The position numbers were made by a program, and so were the translations under genes. A stretch of 56,985 bases of DNA from contig JBNGIO010006178.1 in NCBI GenBank assembly GCA_049999805.1, positions 274,131-331,115 of the forward strand, written 5' to 3'. Every line of letters begins with the position of its first letter. The stretch's first letter is position 1. This document shows, piece by piece, positions 11,106 through 23,163 of the stretch. The DNA is from Folioceros fuciformis. Lineage: Eukaryota. The notes below the pieces were generated by a model. It saw only the letters and a list, made by a program, of their open reading frames with translations. It was not told the origin of the DNA and did no database searches.

Positions 11106-14100
11106 ATGGAGTGTGCCCAACGTTGCTCGGAACAGCCGGCAGAGGTGACCAGCGGGTCTGAGCTTCTTCCCGTCAGCATTCAGGAGGGCAGTGCAGCTGA
11201 TCGTGAAACTTTGATTGTCAAGGCCCGGAATGACACTAGACAGTACCGCAGAGTGGTGCTGCCGAATGAGCTGGAGGCGCTGCTGGTCAGTGATCCAGAG
11301 ACAGACAAGGCAGCAGCTTCGGTAAGTGTGAATGTTGGGTCCTTCAGCGATCCCGTAGGGCTGGAGGGCCTGGCTCACTTTTTGGAACACATGCTGTTCT
11401 TTTCTAGCGAAAAGTATCCTGTGGAGGACAGTTACTCAAAGTTCCTGGCAGAGCATGGCGGCCACTCCAATGCTTTTACCGGTGGAGAGTACACCAATTT
11501 CCACTTCGACGTCAATGCTGATCACTGGGAAGAAGCGCTTGACAGGTTCGCTCAATTTTTCATTGGTCCCTTGTTCTCTCCTGATGCAGTGTCGAGGGAG
11601 ATCAATGCTGTAGACTCAGAGAACAGCAAGAACCTAGTGTCAGATCCGTGGCGCATCAATCAGTTATGGAAGTCGGTGAGCTGCGAGGACCACCCTTATC
11701 ACAAGTTTGGGACAGGGAATCTAGAAACTCTGGATGTCTTGCCTAAGAAACGAGGAGTGGATACTCGCCAGGAGCTGGTGAAGTTCTATCATGCTAATTA
11801 TTCCTCGAACCTTATGCGATTGGTTGTGTACGGGAAACAGAGTTTGGATGAATTGCAGCAGCTTGTGACTCAAAAATTCAGCTACATCAAAAACTCCGGC
11901 ATAAAGCCTCTCTCGTTCTCAGGTCAACCTTGCCTTCCAGAGCACCTTCAAATCATCGTCAAATCTGTTCCCGTGAAAGTTGGGCATTGTTTAGAGTTGA
12001 TCTGGCCTATTCCTCCTCAGATCGAGAAGTATAAGTCAGGGCCTTGTCGTTATCTGGGTCATCTGATAGGGCATGAAGGTGAAGGTTCTTTATTTGCTCT
12101 CCTAAAGAATCTTGGCTGGGCCAATAGTCTCAGTGCCGGTGAAGTGGAGAGAACTGCGTTCTTCTCTTTTGTTGTCATCCAGATTGAATTAACAGATGTG
12201 GGGCAAGAGCACATGGCAGAAATTGCTGCATTTGCTTTTCAGTACCTGGCCATTTTGAGAAAGGAAGGTGTATCAGAATGGCAATTCGAGGAGGTACGAG
12301 CTGTGTGGGATGCCAAGTTTCACTTTCAGGACAAGAGGCCCCCTGTATCATATGTTACGGGCCTTGCTGCTAACATGCACCTGTACCCTCCACAAGACTG
12401 GCTTGCTGGACCATACTTGCTTCAAGAATTCGATGCTGCGAGTATCAAGGAGGTGTTCGACCAACTAACTGTTGAAAATGTTCGTATATTCTGGCATTCT
12501 CAATTGTTTGAAGGGAAAACTACGAGCGTAGAGCCGTGGTATGGAACTACGTTTTCAATTGAGAGGATTGACAAGGAGCTATTGCAACGGTGGGCAAGTC
12601 AAGAATCTGATCCTAGACTTCACTTACCATCTCCCAACTTATTTATACCAAGTAACTTTGACCTGATAGATGCCAGCTCAACGTCAAAGTATCCGTCTCT
12701 GGTAAGGCGGACATCTATGTCAAGGCTGTGGTACAAGCCAGATCCCATCTTCCGGACCCCCAAGGCCCACATACAGCTGGACTTCACCTGCCCCGAGGCC
12801 TACTGCTCTCCTGAGAGTAGCATACTGACACGTATCTTCACAGATTTGCTTGTGGATTATTTGAATGAGTTTGCTTACTATGCAGAGGTGGCAGGTCTTA
12901 GCTACGACATTCACAATACAGTGACTGGCTTTAGGATTTATGTATCCGGATATAATCACAAGTTGACTATTCTGGCAGAGAAGATTTTGGAAAAAGTAGT
13001 GAATTTTGAAGTGCAGGAGGATCGCTTCAACATAGTGAAGGAAAAGGTCATGCGAGACCTGCTGAACTTCAAGTACCAACAGCCATATCAACAGGTTCTA
13101 TATTACAGTAATTTGCTTCTAGAGCACAAACGTTGGGATGTCCACGAGTATATTGACGTTCTGCCGTCACTCCAAGCCAAGGATTTGGAGTCTGTGTACA
13201 CACGCATCCTTTCTCGAGTATTTTTAGAATGCTATGTTGCTGGGAACTTGTCCGGACATGATGCTGAGAACCTGATAGAGAAGTTCGAGATGGTGCTGCA
13301 AGAAGGATCAAAGGTGAAGGTACGCGCACTCTATTCCTCTCAGCACCTGGAGCGTAGGATTGTGAAGCTGGATGCAGGTGGTAACTTCTGTTACTCAGCA
13401 GCTGGTCTCAATCCACAGGATGAGAACTCAGCCCTGTTGCTTTATTTTCAAGCGAGTCAAGATGATCCCCGGATTAATGTACTCCTAGACTTATTCCATT
13501 TGATAGCCAAGAGGGAAGTATTTCACCAGCTGCGATCGGTGGAGCAGCTTGGTTATGTTGTTGCTCTGATTCCCCGCAATGACTATGGGATACGAGGAAT
13601 CCAGTTCATCATACAGTCCACTGTGAAGGACCCACAGGGGCTCGATGAACGGGTGGAGGTATTCCTCCAGTCCATGGAAAGTACCTTGCAGAACATAACC
13701 GACGACGAGTTTCAAAAGCATGTAGATGCCTTGACAGATATCAAGCTAGAGAAACACAAAAACTTGTGGGAAGAAACCAACTTTTTCCTCAAGGAAATCG
13801 AACATGGCACTCTTCTTTTCAATAGGGCAGAGATTGAAGTAGCTGCCCTTCAGAAGGTGAACCAAAAGGAGTTGTTCAGCTTTTTCTTGGCGAACCTTCA
13901 TCGATCTGGCCCCAAGCGGAGCAAGTTGAGTGTCCAAGTCTTTGGGTCTCTTCATACTGCTCAACTACGTGACATGTTGAGCAGTGGGATGCAGCAGGAG
14001 CCAAAGGGAGCAGAACCCAACCCGCTTAGAATCTCTAATCCACACAATTTTAAGAGGTCTCAGTCATTGTATGGTTCTTTTACTGGTGGCAACCATGATA

Positions 14101-14117
14101 CGTATGTCGCAACCTAA
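11106..14117 (+). CDS. IDE: Insulin-degrading enzyme-like zinc metallopeptidase (M16A/pitrilysin family), intronless
   Basis: Single ORF; first in-frame ATG at 11106 (the ORF track starts at TTG 11058). Inverzincin motif HFLEH, GGHSNAFT, HPYHKFGTGN, HLIGHEGEGSL and FHQLRSVEQLGY. Confidence 0.93.
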   Translation: MECAQRCSEQPAEVTSGSELLPVSIQEGSAADRETLIVKARNDTRQYRRVVLPNELEALLVSDPETDKAAASVSVNVGSFSDPVGLEGLAHFLEHMLFFSSEKYPVEDSYSKFLAEHGGHSNAFTGGEYTNFHFDVNADHWEEALDRFAQFFIGPLFSPDAVSREINAVDSENSKNLVSDPWRINQLWKSVSCEDHPYHKFGTGNLETLDVLPKKRGVDTRQELVKFYHANYSSNLMRLVVYGKQSLDELQQLVTQKFSYIKNSGIKPLSFSGQPCLPEHLQIIVKSVPVKVGHCLELIWPIPPQIEKYKSGPCRYLGHLIGHEGEGSLFALLKNLGWANSLSAGEVERTAFFSFVVIQIELTDVGQEHMAEIAAFAFQYLAILRKEGVSEWQFEEVRAVWDAKFHFQDKRPPVSYVTGLAANMHLYPPQDWLAGPYLLQEFDAASIKEVFDQLTVENVRIFWHSQLFEGKTTSVEPWYGTTFSIERIDKELLQRWASQESDPRLHLPSPNLFIPSNFDLIDASSTSKYPSLVRRTSMSRLWYKPDPIFRTPKAHIQLDFTCPEAYCSPESSILTRIFTDLLVDYLNEFAYYAEVAGLSYDIHNTVTGFRIYVSGYNHKLTILAEKILEKVVNFEVQEDRFNIVKEKVMRDLLNFKYQQPYQQVLYYSNLLLEHKRWDVHEYIDVLPSLQAKDLESVYTRILSRVFLECYVAGNLSGHDAENLIEKFEMVLQEGSKVKVRALYSSQHLERRIVKLDAGGNFCYSAAGLNPQDENSALLLYFQASQDDPRINVLLDLFHLIAKREVFHQLRSVEQLGYVVALIPRNDYGIRGIQFIIQSTVKDPQGLDERVEVFLQSMESTLQNITDDEFQKHVDALTDIKLEKHKNLWEETNFFLKEIEHGTLLFNRAEIEVAALQKVNQKELFSFFLANLHRSGPKRSKLSVQVFGSLHTAQLRDMLSSGMQQEPKGAEPNPLRISNPHNFKRSQSLYGSFTGGNHDTYVAT

Positions 14118-15299
14118 CAGCGCGAGGATAGACAGTGGTGGGGTGCAGTTGAATCCGATTTTGTCTTTCGTTCTTTTTGGGGAAAGCATGTTTGTGACCG
14201 ATCTTTCGTAAAATGGTAGTGAAGTGTAATAGTGTTGAGGGCCCTGAGTGACTTGGTTCTCTGATACCACGGTCGTGGCACGCACGGTGCTCCTAAGACG
14301 GATTAGTGGGATAAAATGTGTCTTGAGGGAATGTGAAGAAAATCCTAATTAGGCTGGAAGACAACTACGTTTAAGGGCCAGAAATCATCGTATCCATTTA
14401 CCTAGGTAGTTTATGAATTGGGTAGCCTTGGGGGCGTCCTTTCGCCGAAAAGTAGAAAAGCTATGTTTATCGTAACGTAAAACTTCAACGTCTGATAAAT
14501 TAATTCTAAGGTTCTTAACTAACAAAGATTAATTTCAAAAATTGGCGTGGATATTTATTTCTAGGAAAACCGTGATTGGCACACCAACGGGTATTTGGCA
14601 TGAGAAGATAGGACATACTCAAGAAACTTGCGTTCTAGGTAAGATGTGTTTGTATAGACATCAGGTTGCTACCTAGGACATGCACTCTTCTAATTGCTAT
14701 CCAGAACCATGGTAGGGTTGTGTGATACCTAGATCCCAAACCTTAATGACCTAGCTTGGGCATAGTACGCACTATTGAGGTGTGTGGAATGAGGCTTGAA
14801 AATGCACTCAACATTACCTTCTAGTGCCTACACCTTGGAATTTTCATCACCCAAACTTGTACATGCATAATGTTTCCATTCAAAAATGCAATGGCTTTCT
14901 TTGCAAGGTCCTAAAGGTGAAGAAAGCACTCGTAAAGGTTGACACGATAGCAGGAGAGTATAACAATAAAGAAAAGTATATGTGTATTTAAAGTATAACC
15001 CCAACTCAACTAAGCACTATTGAACCCTAGTAGGTTGCTTCTTTAATACTCCCACTTAACCTTGAGTGGTTAAAAGTTAGAACATTGATCAAATGCTATT
15101 GAAGCATTCTCCAGAAAAACAGAACTCTAATAACAGTGATTCAATTCTCTCATTCTCAAAAGCTGCAACCCATAAGCTGCAACCCATAGTGTTCCGTCTC
15201 CGTCTCAAATGTTGCAACCTATAGTGTCTAGTACAGCTTCCATTCCTCACTAACTGAGCCACTGATGTTGTCATTATAGATTCACTTGCTTCGAAGATG

Positions 15300-16143
15300 G
15301 TACGCTCACACAACTCAAGCCAAGCTTCACAAATAGAGAAACTAGCAATAGAAGAGAGTCAAGAGGAATCACAATGCAGCAACACAACCAACTCTGTTAA
15401 GAACCGAAAGTGGCCAATTGTTACTAATCAATAGATCTTGGGGCATCTGATGAACGTCGATGCGAAATACACAAAGTTGGACAAGGCCAAGAAGAAAGCT
15501 GCCACCCTAGTCTCACAAATTTCAGCCAAACCTCAAGCAAAAGGCAATGAGTGACAACTAACAGCAAAAGAGTTAAAAGAGTTTGTTACAGCAATTGTGC
15601 TCTAGGGTATACAACATGGCTAAGGCTGAGTCTCTACTAGAAGCACTCAAGAAGAAAGGCTTTGTATAGCTGAAGAGGAAAAATGTATCCAAATAACACA
15701 AAGCAGCTATCTAGGATTAAATCTACTTGATGCTTTATCTGTAGAACAATAGTTTTTCTTCATGACATAACTTATTTTCTTTGTTAAACTCCCACTGAAC
15801 ACATAGCAAAGGGAAGTAGCACAAGGAAAAAGGAACTGTGCCTTGAGACCTCATGTCTCTAACATAATGGTGCTGTATTTCAATGTGGTTGGTACGAACA
15901 TGGAAGCTCAACAAGGGCCAAGGCTCACTGGTTATATCACAAATGGGGATTGGGTAGTAGATGCATTTGCTGGTTCATGTTCCTTTCTCCAAGCTGCCAT
16001 TCAACGGGGCGGAAATGTGGTTGCCATGGACCTACTAAATGTCAGGTGCACTATGTATATGGAGTAAAGAGTGCATGGCATTAGCAACCTTCCAGACACA
16101 GATGAAGAGGTGATGACGGATACATTTTCCAGGGGGCCATCGT
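15300..16143 (+). pseudogene. Decayed ORF ending in an N4C/N6A DNA-methyltransferase-like SAM-binding motif, probably TE-borne
   Basis: 15945-16031 translates GDWVVDAFAGSCSFLQAAIQRGGNVVAMD, matching the beta-class amino-MTase motif I pattern GDxVLDPFxGSGxxxxAAxxxGRxxIGxE. Upstream frames look coding but are interrupted by many stops. Confidence 0.5.
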
Positions 16144-18625
16144 AGTTCTGGGCTAAGGAGGTGTGTTCTGATGGGAATATAGAAGGAGAATGCAAGTATA
16201 CAGCCTTCTTGGGAAAAAGGGAGAACGTTTGCGGCCGGCAACTAAGCTGAGGAGCTTTATGAGACGAAAACTGTACACTTCCACCCCATATTGTTCACGC
16301 TCCATGTTTTCGCTATTGGAAGTTGGAGGCCATGACTTCGTGGAAAAAGAGGGCCAATGTTTGAAGGACGTAGACGTCGTAGTTGACTTTGAAGCAAACA
16401 TTGAAGGACATTAAATTATAGGATATGTAGTTGTTTGTTGTCTTGTTCAATGTTCATGCCGCTTTTGTCTTTTCCTCATAATACTATGTTACATTTTGAA
16501 TGGTCTCTGACATCGCGTCTCCTTTTGAAATGAATGTTGATGGTAATTTCTATACATAGCCACAATTTTGGCGCACACATGAACGGAGTTAATGATAATA
16601 TTCAAATTGTCTACGATGACAATAAATTTCACCATGTCTTGTTCATCCTAAATGATTTATTGCAGATAAGTGACCTGGAAACGGGAAATTTCGAAAAGCA
16701 CAAAACATGCTTTGTGGAATAAGCCCGTCAGGCGCAGACCTTGTTCATGGGAAAAGTGTTTACAACATATGAGGAATTAGGCTAAGGGACCAAACACAAT
16801 GTTGCAACAAAAGGAGGGAATCTTTCACCCCTTTGCCTTCCTTTGCTGCTACCCCAATACCAACATTTTTCCTCCACAGTGCATCATGTGGATAACAATA
16901 TCCTCTTACTTCTAGGGAAGAGAGGTTGTAGAATCCTAGTCAAGGTCTTCATCTTCAAGGTTGATGAATTCTAGAGCACAATTAGGATCTTATTCACTGT
17001 AGAAGTGTCATCAACAACGAAAACTCCTAATATCAACTGAAATTGGAATGCAACGAATTTTTGGATTTGTGCCCAAGAAGGAGTCCATTGCTCAAAGAAG
17101 GGCTAAGAGCTTAGAATCCCTTCTGATATGTGCTTGACCTTTTCTCCTTGTTGCTTGTATTTCTTCATATGTGCCTCTACCTTCTGCTTGCATCGCTTCC
17201 AATGACTAGTCCAGGTTCGACATGTATGATAGATACATACCTGGGAGTGGGATATCAGCAAACTAGCAACAAGATACTAGCAAACTTGCGTTATGCTAGC
17301 CAAGGTAGGTGCCATTAAGCAAATAGGCAGGTAAGATGGATTTAAGGCATTCAGAGGGCGGCAGTAAGGGCAAGATGACGCCTACTGTATGAAATAAATG
17401 TAGATGGTTTGTATAGCATATGGCTTGATGTTCACTATTAGGTTGTGAACAGATAGCTCCCTAAAGGTGCAATGATCCGAGCGCCAAGCTCACTGATAAG
17501 GATTGGCTTGTGTATGTTAAACTCATAACAACGATAAGGGTTTTTGTTAAGTTGACTTAGGTATGAGGCTGTAGTTGAGACTTAGGCATGACTAGTGTAG
17601 AGGGCACAATGTGGCTAACAATAAGTTGTCATGACACCTATAGAGATGAGATGACGCGACACCAATGTTTCACCTCTACATTGGCTTTGGTAACATGAAA
17701 ATACTTCTCTTCAAACAAGGCAATCAATCTATGTGTGCTTGCATCTCTCCAAGGTGTCTTTTCTTAACCAATCGACTAGCTACAATGATCAAGGTGCCCG
17801 GAGGGAAAATATACTATAGACTGTAGTAGGTGTGCTATAACTTTCTAGGGCATAAAACAACTTGGTGAGGAAGCTAGAAGATCAATCGGATTATTTAATA
17901 CAACACAAAACATGGGGGTAATCACTTTAATCTCCACATATACTTTAATATAACTTGATTCGCTTTAAGTAGGGCACGATAAAATACTAGAAATAGAGCT
18001 ATTACTCTCTAGGTTCCCCATCATCCAATTTCATAATGCAATATAGGGCCCTAACTACAAGGTTCTTAAAGATCTTACCTATGTTTTTCTAGTAGAGGTA
18101 TTCCTCTATACATTCCCCATTAACATGTTCTCCAATGCGATATAGGGCGCTCTATCAAATAGAAAGATCAGCACTTTAATCTCAATAGTGCTTGTGTTGT
18201 ACAACCAGGAATCAGGCAGGGATTGAAGATCATGGAAGCTTTGTGCTTTGATAGAGGTGGACTGGAGGACAGAGCAGCATCCGCATGAGATGAATGAAAG
18301 AAGCAGAGACGAAACTGCAATCTTCTGGAAAGAAGCAGAGATGAAACTGCAATCTACTGGATAACACGTGTTGTGGCCGCCAACCACTTTTATTGCTATA
18401 TGCATCGGCGATGCTGATTGCAAAACCCAGTGAGCTGCTGCGTTTTCTGGTGTGATGACAATTTCCTAAGCGCCTATGAGGCTGACGTGAATCACAGAGA
18501 AACACAAGGATGGCGCCCCCCATTAACTAGCCTAATCAATATTGTGAAAGAATGCCAAACAGGTCGCAAACACAAGTAAAATTTGGGGCAAGGCCACGGG
18601 CAACACATGAGGGAGGGAAGAATGT

Positions 18626-19998
18626 CTACAAGACAAAGTGTGGGTTAGCCCGAGCTGCCATGACCGCAACTTGTTGTGACACCTGCGCTTGCTTCACCTT
18701 GACACAAATGGCTCGGTGGAAGAATTGCTCACGAGACAGGCTCCGGACATGCTTCAGGTACTGGTCTACGGGGATGGCACCCTCCTGCGCAGCCCTGTCT
18801 AGGGAGTAGAAAATGTCTTCCACGGCAAAGTCGGCAGCAGTGCACTCAAGCAGCTGCTTGGACAGCGCGTCAGCAGGCTCGAACACATGGTCTATGTCTA
18901 TGGCCTCCGACCCCTTGTCGTTATGCTTCAGCCACGACTCCAGCACATCCGTGTTGGTGAGCAGCACCTGGAGTTGGGCCTCCAACCCCTCCTTCTCCTG
19001 CTGCAGCTCCCGCACCCCCTTTTCGATCTCCTCCGCCCTGCGGTTCAGCACGGACTCCGTGTTGAACAAATTCTCCATCTCCCGCTCTCTCTCCTTGATG
19101 AGCTCCTCCGCGTCCCGCTGCAGCCTGGCCGTGAGCGCGGTCACCGCGTTCCTCTTGAAAACCTCCCCGGGGTCCGACGGGGGAGCCGCCTGTTGCTGTT
19201 GCTGCTGCTGCTGCTGGAGGGAGGAGGTGTAGGGAGGGTAGGGTCTGATCTGAGAGNNNNNNNNNNNNNNNNNNNNNNNNNNNNNNNNNNNNNNNNNNNN
19301 NNNNNNNNNNNNNNNNNNNNNNNNNNNNNNNNNNNNNNNNNNNNNNNNNNNNNNNNAGAGGGACCACCGAGGTGGCTCAGGGACGGGTGGGAGGGAGGAG
19401 GGGCAGGAGGTAGGGAAGAATTTACATAAGGCCCGCCCCCGAGGCTGGGATGCATGCCATGATAGGGGGACGGGGCAGGGGGAGGAGGGCGGGAAGGGGC
19501 ACCCGGGGGCCGCGAGTAAAGCGGCGGATCCTGGCCAAAGACAAGAGACAAATTCTGCACTAGCTCCACCAAGTTGGAGCGCGGGTACAGCCACTGGTTC
19601 AGATACGGCACCGACACCATCCCGGACGCATCCACGCAGGGATGGCGCGGCTTGATGATCATATCCCTTGTCGGAGACACATACACCAAGGGCGGGTTCC
19701 TGGGATACGCTTCAAGAAGCCACATGGTGATCGGAATGTTGTACTTGACATCCTGGTAGTACATGGGAATGGTGCCGTCCGCTTGCAGCAGATTCACGGA
19801 GCGGCCATCATTATGCGTGAACATGGCCGTCTTCACCTGCAACCCCGGGAATTCCTGGATCACCTGCACAAGATGCTGCCGAATTGTCAACTTCACCTCC
19901 TCCTCGTAGGGCAACGACTGCGGCCCTCTCTGCGACAACACCGAATTGAGAAACTGCATGAAGGCATGCGCCGACTGAGTCGGTGACGCCGACGGCAT
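18626..19998 (-). CDS. VPS23: ESCRT-I subunit VPS23/TSG101 (ELC-like): UEV domain, Pro-rich linker, coiled coil, steadiness box
   Basis: ATG at 19998 (MPSASPTQ...). UEV region [20 protein letters not shown]...YNIP; C-terminal [15 protein letters not shown]...[17 protein letters not shown]. The frame changes across the N-gap. Confidence 0.92.
19257..19356. other. Assembly gap (100 N) inside the VPS23 Pro-rich linker
   Basis: Run of exactly 100 n, typical of a placeholder of unknown length. Confidence 0.98.
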
Positions 19999-21178
19999 GG
20001 TGACAGCAGCACCAACTCCTCCTCCTCCTCCACCACCAGCACCAGCACCAGAAACCTCAACCCTGCCTCCCCCGGCCTCCCAACCCGCTCGCCTCCCGAG
20101 TAGCCCGCTCAAGCCCTCCGGGCTCCTTGTCCAGGCCTGCATGCCGCCCTGTTCTGCTCCATCTCTAAGAGCTCCGCCAGCTCCCCATCCTGCCCTAGAG
20201 CTGCTGCCACTACTGCGTGCTCCGCATCCGAGCTGCCCGTGCTTGCAGGCCAACAGTGGCTCTCCAATGGCACCCGCGCCGGCACCAGCTCGATGCAAAT
20301 TCGCACCTTGCCCACTGCGAATTGCACACCGTCGCCACGCCTCGCCACGCCTTGCCCGGCCGTGACCCGGCAGATCCAGCCTCTGGTCCAAGCAGCTTAC
20401 GTGCCCTCAGGGGAAAGACCCGCAAAAGCCAGGGCAGCGCAACGCGTTTCCCTCTTGCCTCTCGCACCCTGCCTCGAACCCTCCTGCTACACAACCTTAC
20501 GGACCAAGTCTGTACGTGCAGTGGGCCCATTTTCTTTATGTCTAACAACGCATGTAATTATATTTATATATATTTAATAAAAATATATTTATGGCTAATA
20601 TTTATGTACGTTCCTTCTCAGGCATCAAATTATGGGACTCATTCTCCGGCTCCCTTGGTGTCTTTTTCTTCCTCGGTTTTGGGTAATATATATATATATT
20701 TTTATCTCTTATTCTTAAATAGGGTTCCACATACCTTTAGAGATTATGCTAACTACTGCGATCCTATAACAAGAATATGTCTTGGATATTTGGTACTTGG
20801 TAGTGCTCTCCTACCGATGATTGCCCAAACTTAAGGATTATTATGCACCGGGGCAGCAAAATTATGTTAATATAGTAACACGAGATTTGTAAACATTGAG
20901 AATATTTGATTTGTGTTGTCTTTACGTGCAAGTTTTTTTTGTTAAGTTGCACATTACCCAGCCATGTTATTCGCATAAGTATGATCTCATTTAAGCATCA
21001 TTAATATGTTGAACTACATTGTACTGTTATTTAATCACATCCCTCCTCATGCAATGTTAGTCCTTGTACACTGATGTGTTCTTCTTCAAGTTGTTAACAT
21101 TAGTTGTTCACTATTGACATATTTGTACTTAGTGTTCTTGTTCATGTTGTTTTCTTCTTGTTCCCACACTTCATAGTA

Positions 21179-23163
21179 ATGGCAAGTATCAAATGGCAGA
21201 TCTTCTTCTCCATGTTTATGGTAAGTAACTTCTGCTGGTACATTTTTAGGTGTAATTTTTTGATAAATATGCTTTCTTCGTTAATGATAAGGAACTTGGA
21301 TACTCACCCACTTTTGGTGACATGATATGGTGTGTTCACTTTCAGATAGTTTGCGTGATTCCAACTCATGGACGAACAATTCAAGGTCTGGGCATGCCAC
21401 GGGATGTTCATCTTGATGCATCTCTTGTTGAAGGCAAGAATGTAGATGTCTTGAAGTATTGGGATGATACCTTTATTACTACATATGCACCCGAAAGTTG
21501 GTTTCAAATCATATCCCCATTGTCACCTTTTGATGTAGAACGGTTCACAAGAATGATTCAATCTAAAGACTTAATATCAAACAAAAATATTGCATTTGAG
21601 TTATGCTCGTCAGCAAGGTTATTGTGCATTGATAAAAGCTTTTTTAAATATACTCCTATGACAGTAAAAGAAGATGGAAAAGCACAGCAAAAGTATGAAG
21701 ATAATGTTAGTATGAAGAGTACTGAGCAGAACCGAGGTCGAGCATCTTATGTGGATGAAACTTCTCGAGACAATGATAGCATGGAGATTAATGAGCAAAA
21801 AAGGGCACGGTCAGGTTATGTGGATATAATCTCTGATGACAATGATAGTATAGAAATTAATGAGCAAAAACGAGGTCGAACAGCTTATGCGGATGAAATG
21901 TCACGAGACACCAATAGCATGGAGATTAACGAGCAAAAAAGGGCGCGGTCAGTTTATGTGGATGTAATCTCCAATGACAATGATGGCATGAAAATTAATG
22001 AGCAAGCACGAGGTCGAGCAAGTTATGACGATGGAGACCCTACTAGGTTTTTTAACTCTAATGATTTCATATCTCGAGACGGTAATAGCATGGAAATTAA
22101 TGAGCAAAAACGGAGTCGATCAAGTTATCACGACAAAGCTACTAGGTTTTTTAACTCTAACGTTTTCATGTTCAAGAATGATGATGCTAATGAGCAAAAA
22201 GGAGGTTGGGCAGCTAACAAAGGTCGTGAGCGGGAAAGGACTATTATCTACAAGGATTCGAGACTAAAAGAGTATCAAACAGAAGGACATCAAACATTTA
22301 TTGATGACAATGATGAATCCAAGGTCCATGATCAAAACCACAGTCCATTAGTTGACAACCAAATGCTCAAAGTTAATGAACAGACAGGATCTCACACACC
22401 TCATGGGCATGCAAGTTTTGAATATCATGTGACAGAAAATGATAGATTATCATGGTTTTATGAAACAGATCTTGTGGACCCAATTGTTGCTTCAAAGAGA
22501 ATTGCAGCACCCAAATCAATATTCTCAGCAAAGATGGCACACCTGCTCTCAAATCCCTTTCTACCGCGAGTGATGGCTGATTCATTTGGAAACGTCATGA
22601 GGTTGAATATATCTAAAATCATGGAACAACTACATGTTTCCGATGATTCATCAATGGCTAAGAACATGCAAGTGATTCCGTCTTTATGCAACCCAAATGC
22701 AAAACTACATCTCGGAGAAGTTAGAACGTGCATAACATCTTTGGAAGCAATGGCAGAATTTATTGTTTCTGTGATGCCTGCAAGCAGGCGTGGATTAATG
22801 GTGTTGGGTAGTTCCTTTATAAAAGACAACAAGATTCCTTCCGATGAAAAGTACAAGGTGACTAATGTGGAACTATTAAATGATGTGACATCCAAGTATG
22901 CTATTTGTCATGGGTTGCTATTCCCATATAGAGTGGAAATGTGTCACTACATTCCGAAAACAAAGCTATTCAAAGTCACATTAGAGTCCTTTGGACGATC
23001 AGATTTTGTTGCTACTAATGTTGTTGTGTGCCATACCGATACAAGCCAATGGTCATCCACACACATTTCATTCAAAGTGTTAGGAGGGAAGCCTGGGGAA
23101 CATAGCATTTGTCATTGGTCTACTCCAGGAGAGTTCGCCTACATATCTCGTAAACATGTCTAA
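21179..23163 (+). CDS. Secreted BURP-domain protein with an N-terminal tandem-repeat region (candidate fused burpitide cyclase)
   Basis: Exon 1 21179-21220 (MASIKWQIFFSMFM), intron gtaagt...ttcag 21221-21345, exon 2 21346-23163 in frame, completing a signal peptide (IVCVIPTHG). C-terminal BURP domain has all four CH dyads: ICHGLLFPYRVEMCH...VCHTDTSQW...ICHW. Confidence 0.9.
21703..22215 (+). repeat. Coding tandem repeat, 69-bp/23-aa unit (NxSMEINEQKRxRxxYxDxxSxD), 4 regular plus 2-3 extended or degenerate copies
   Basis: Units start at 21703, 21772, 21841, 21910, 21979 and 22081. Confidence 0.92.

Noticed and set aside
19191-19215. CAG/CAA triplet run, and a similar (CTG)n run near 41897-41915
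   Set aside because: Ordinary short microsatellites: a poly-Gln linker in VPS23 and a leader/intergenic repeat.
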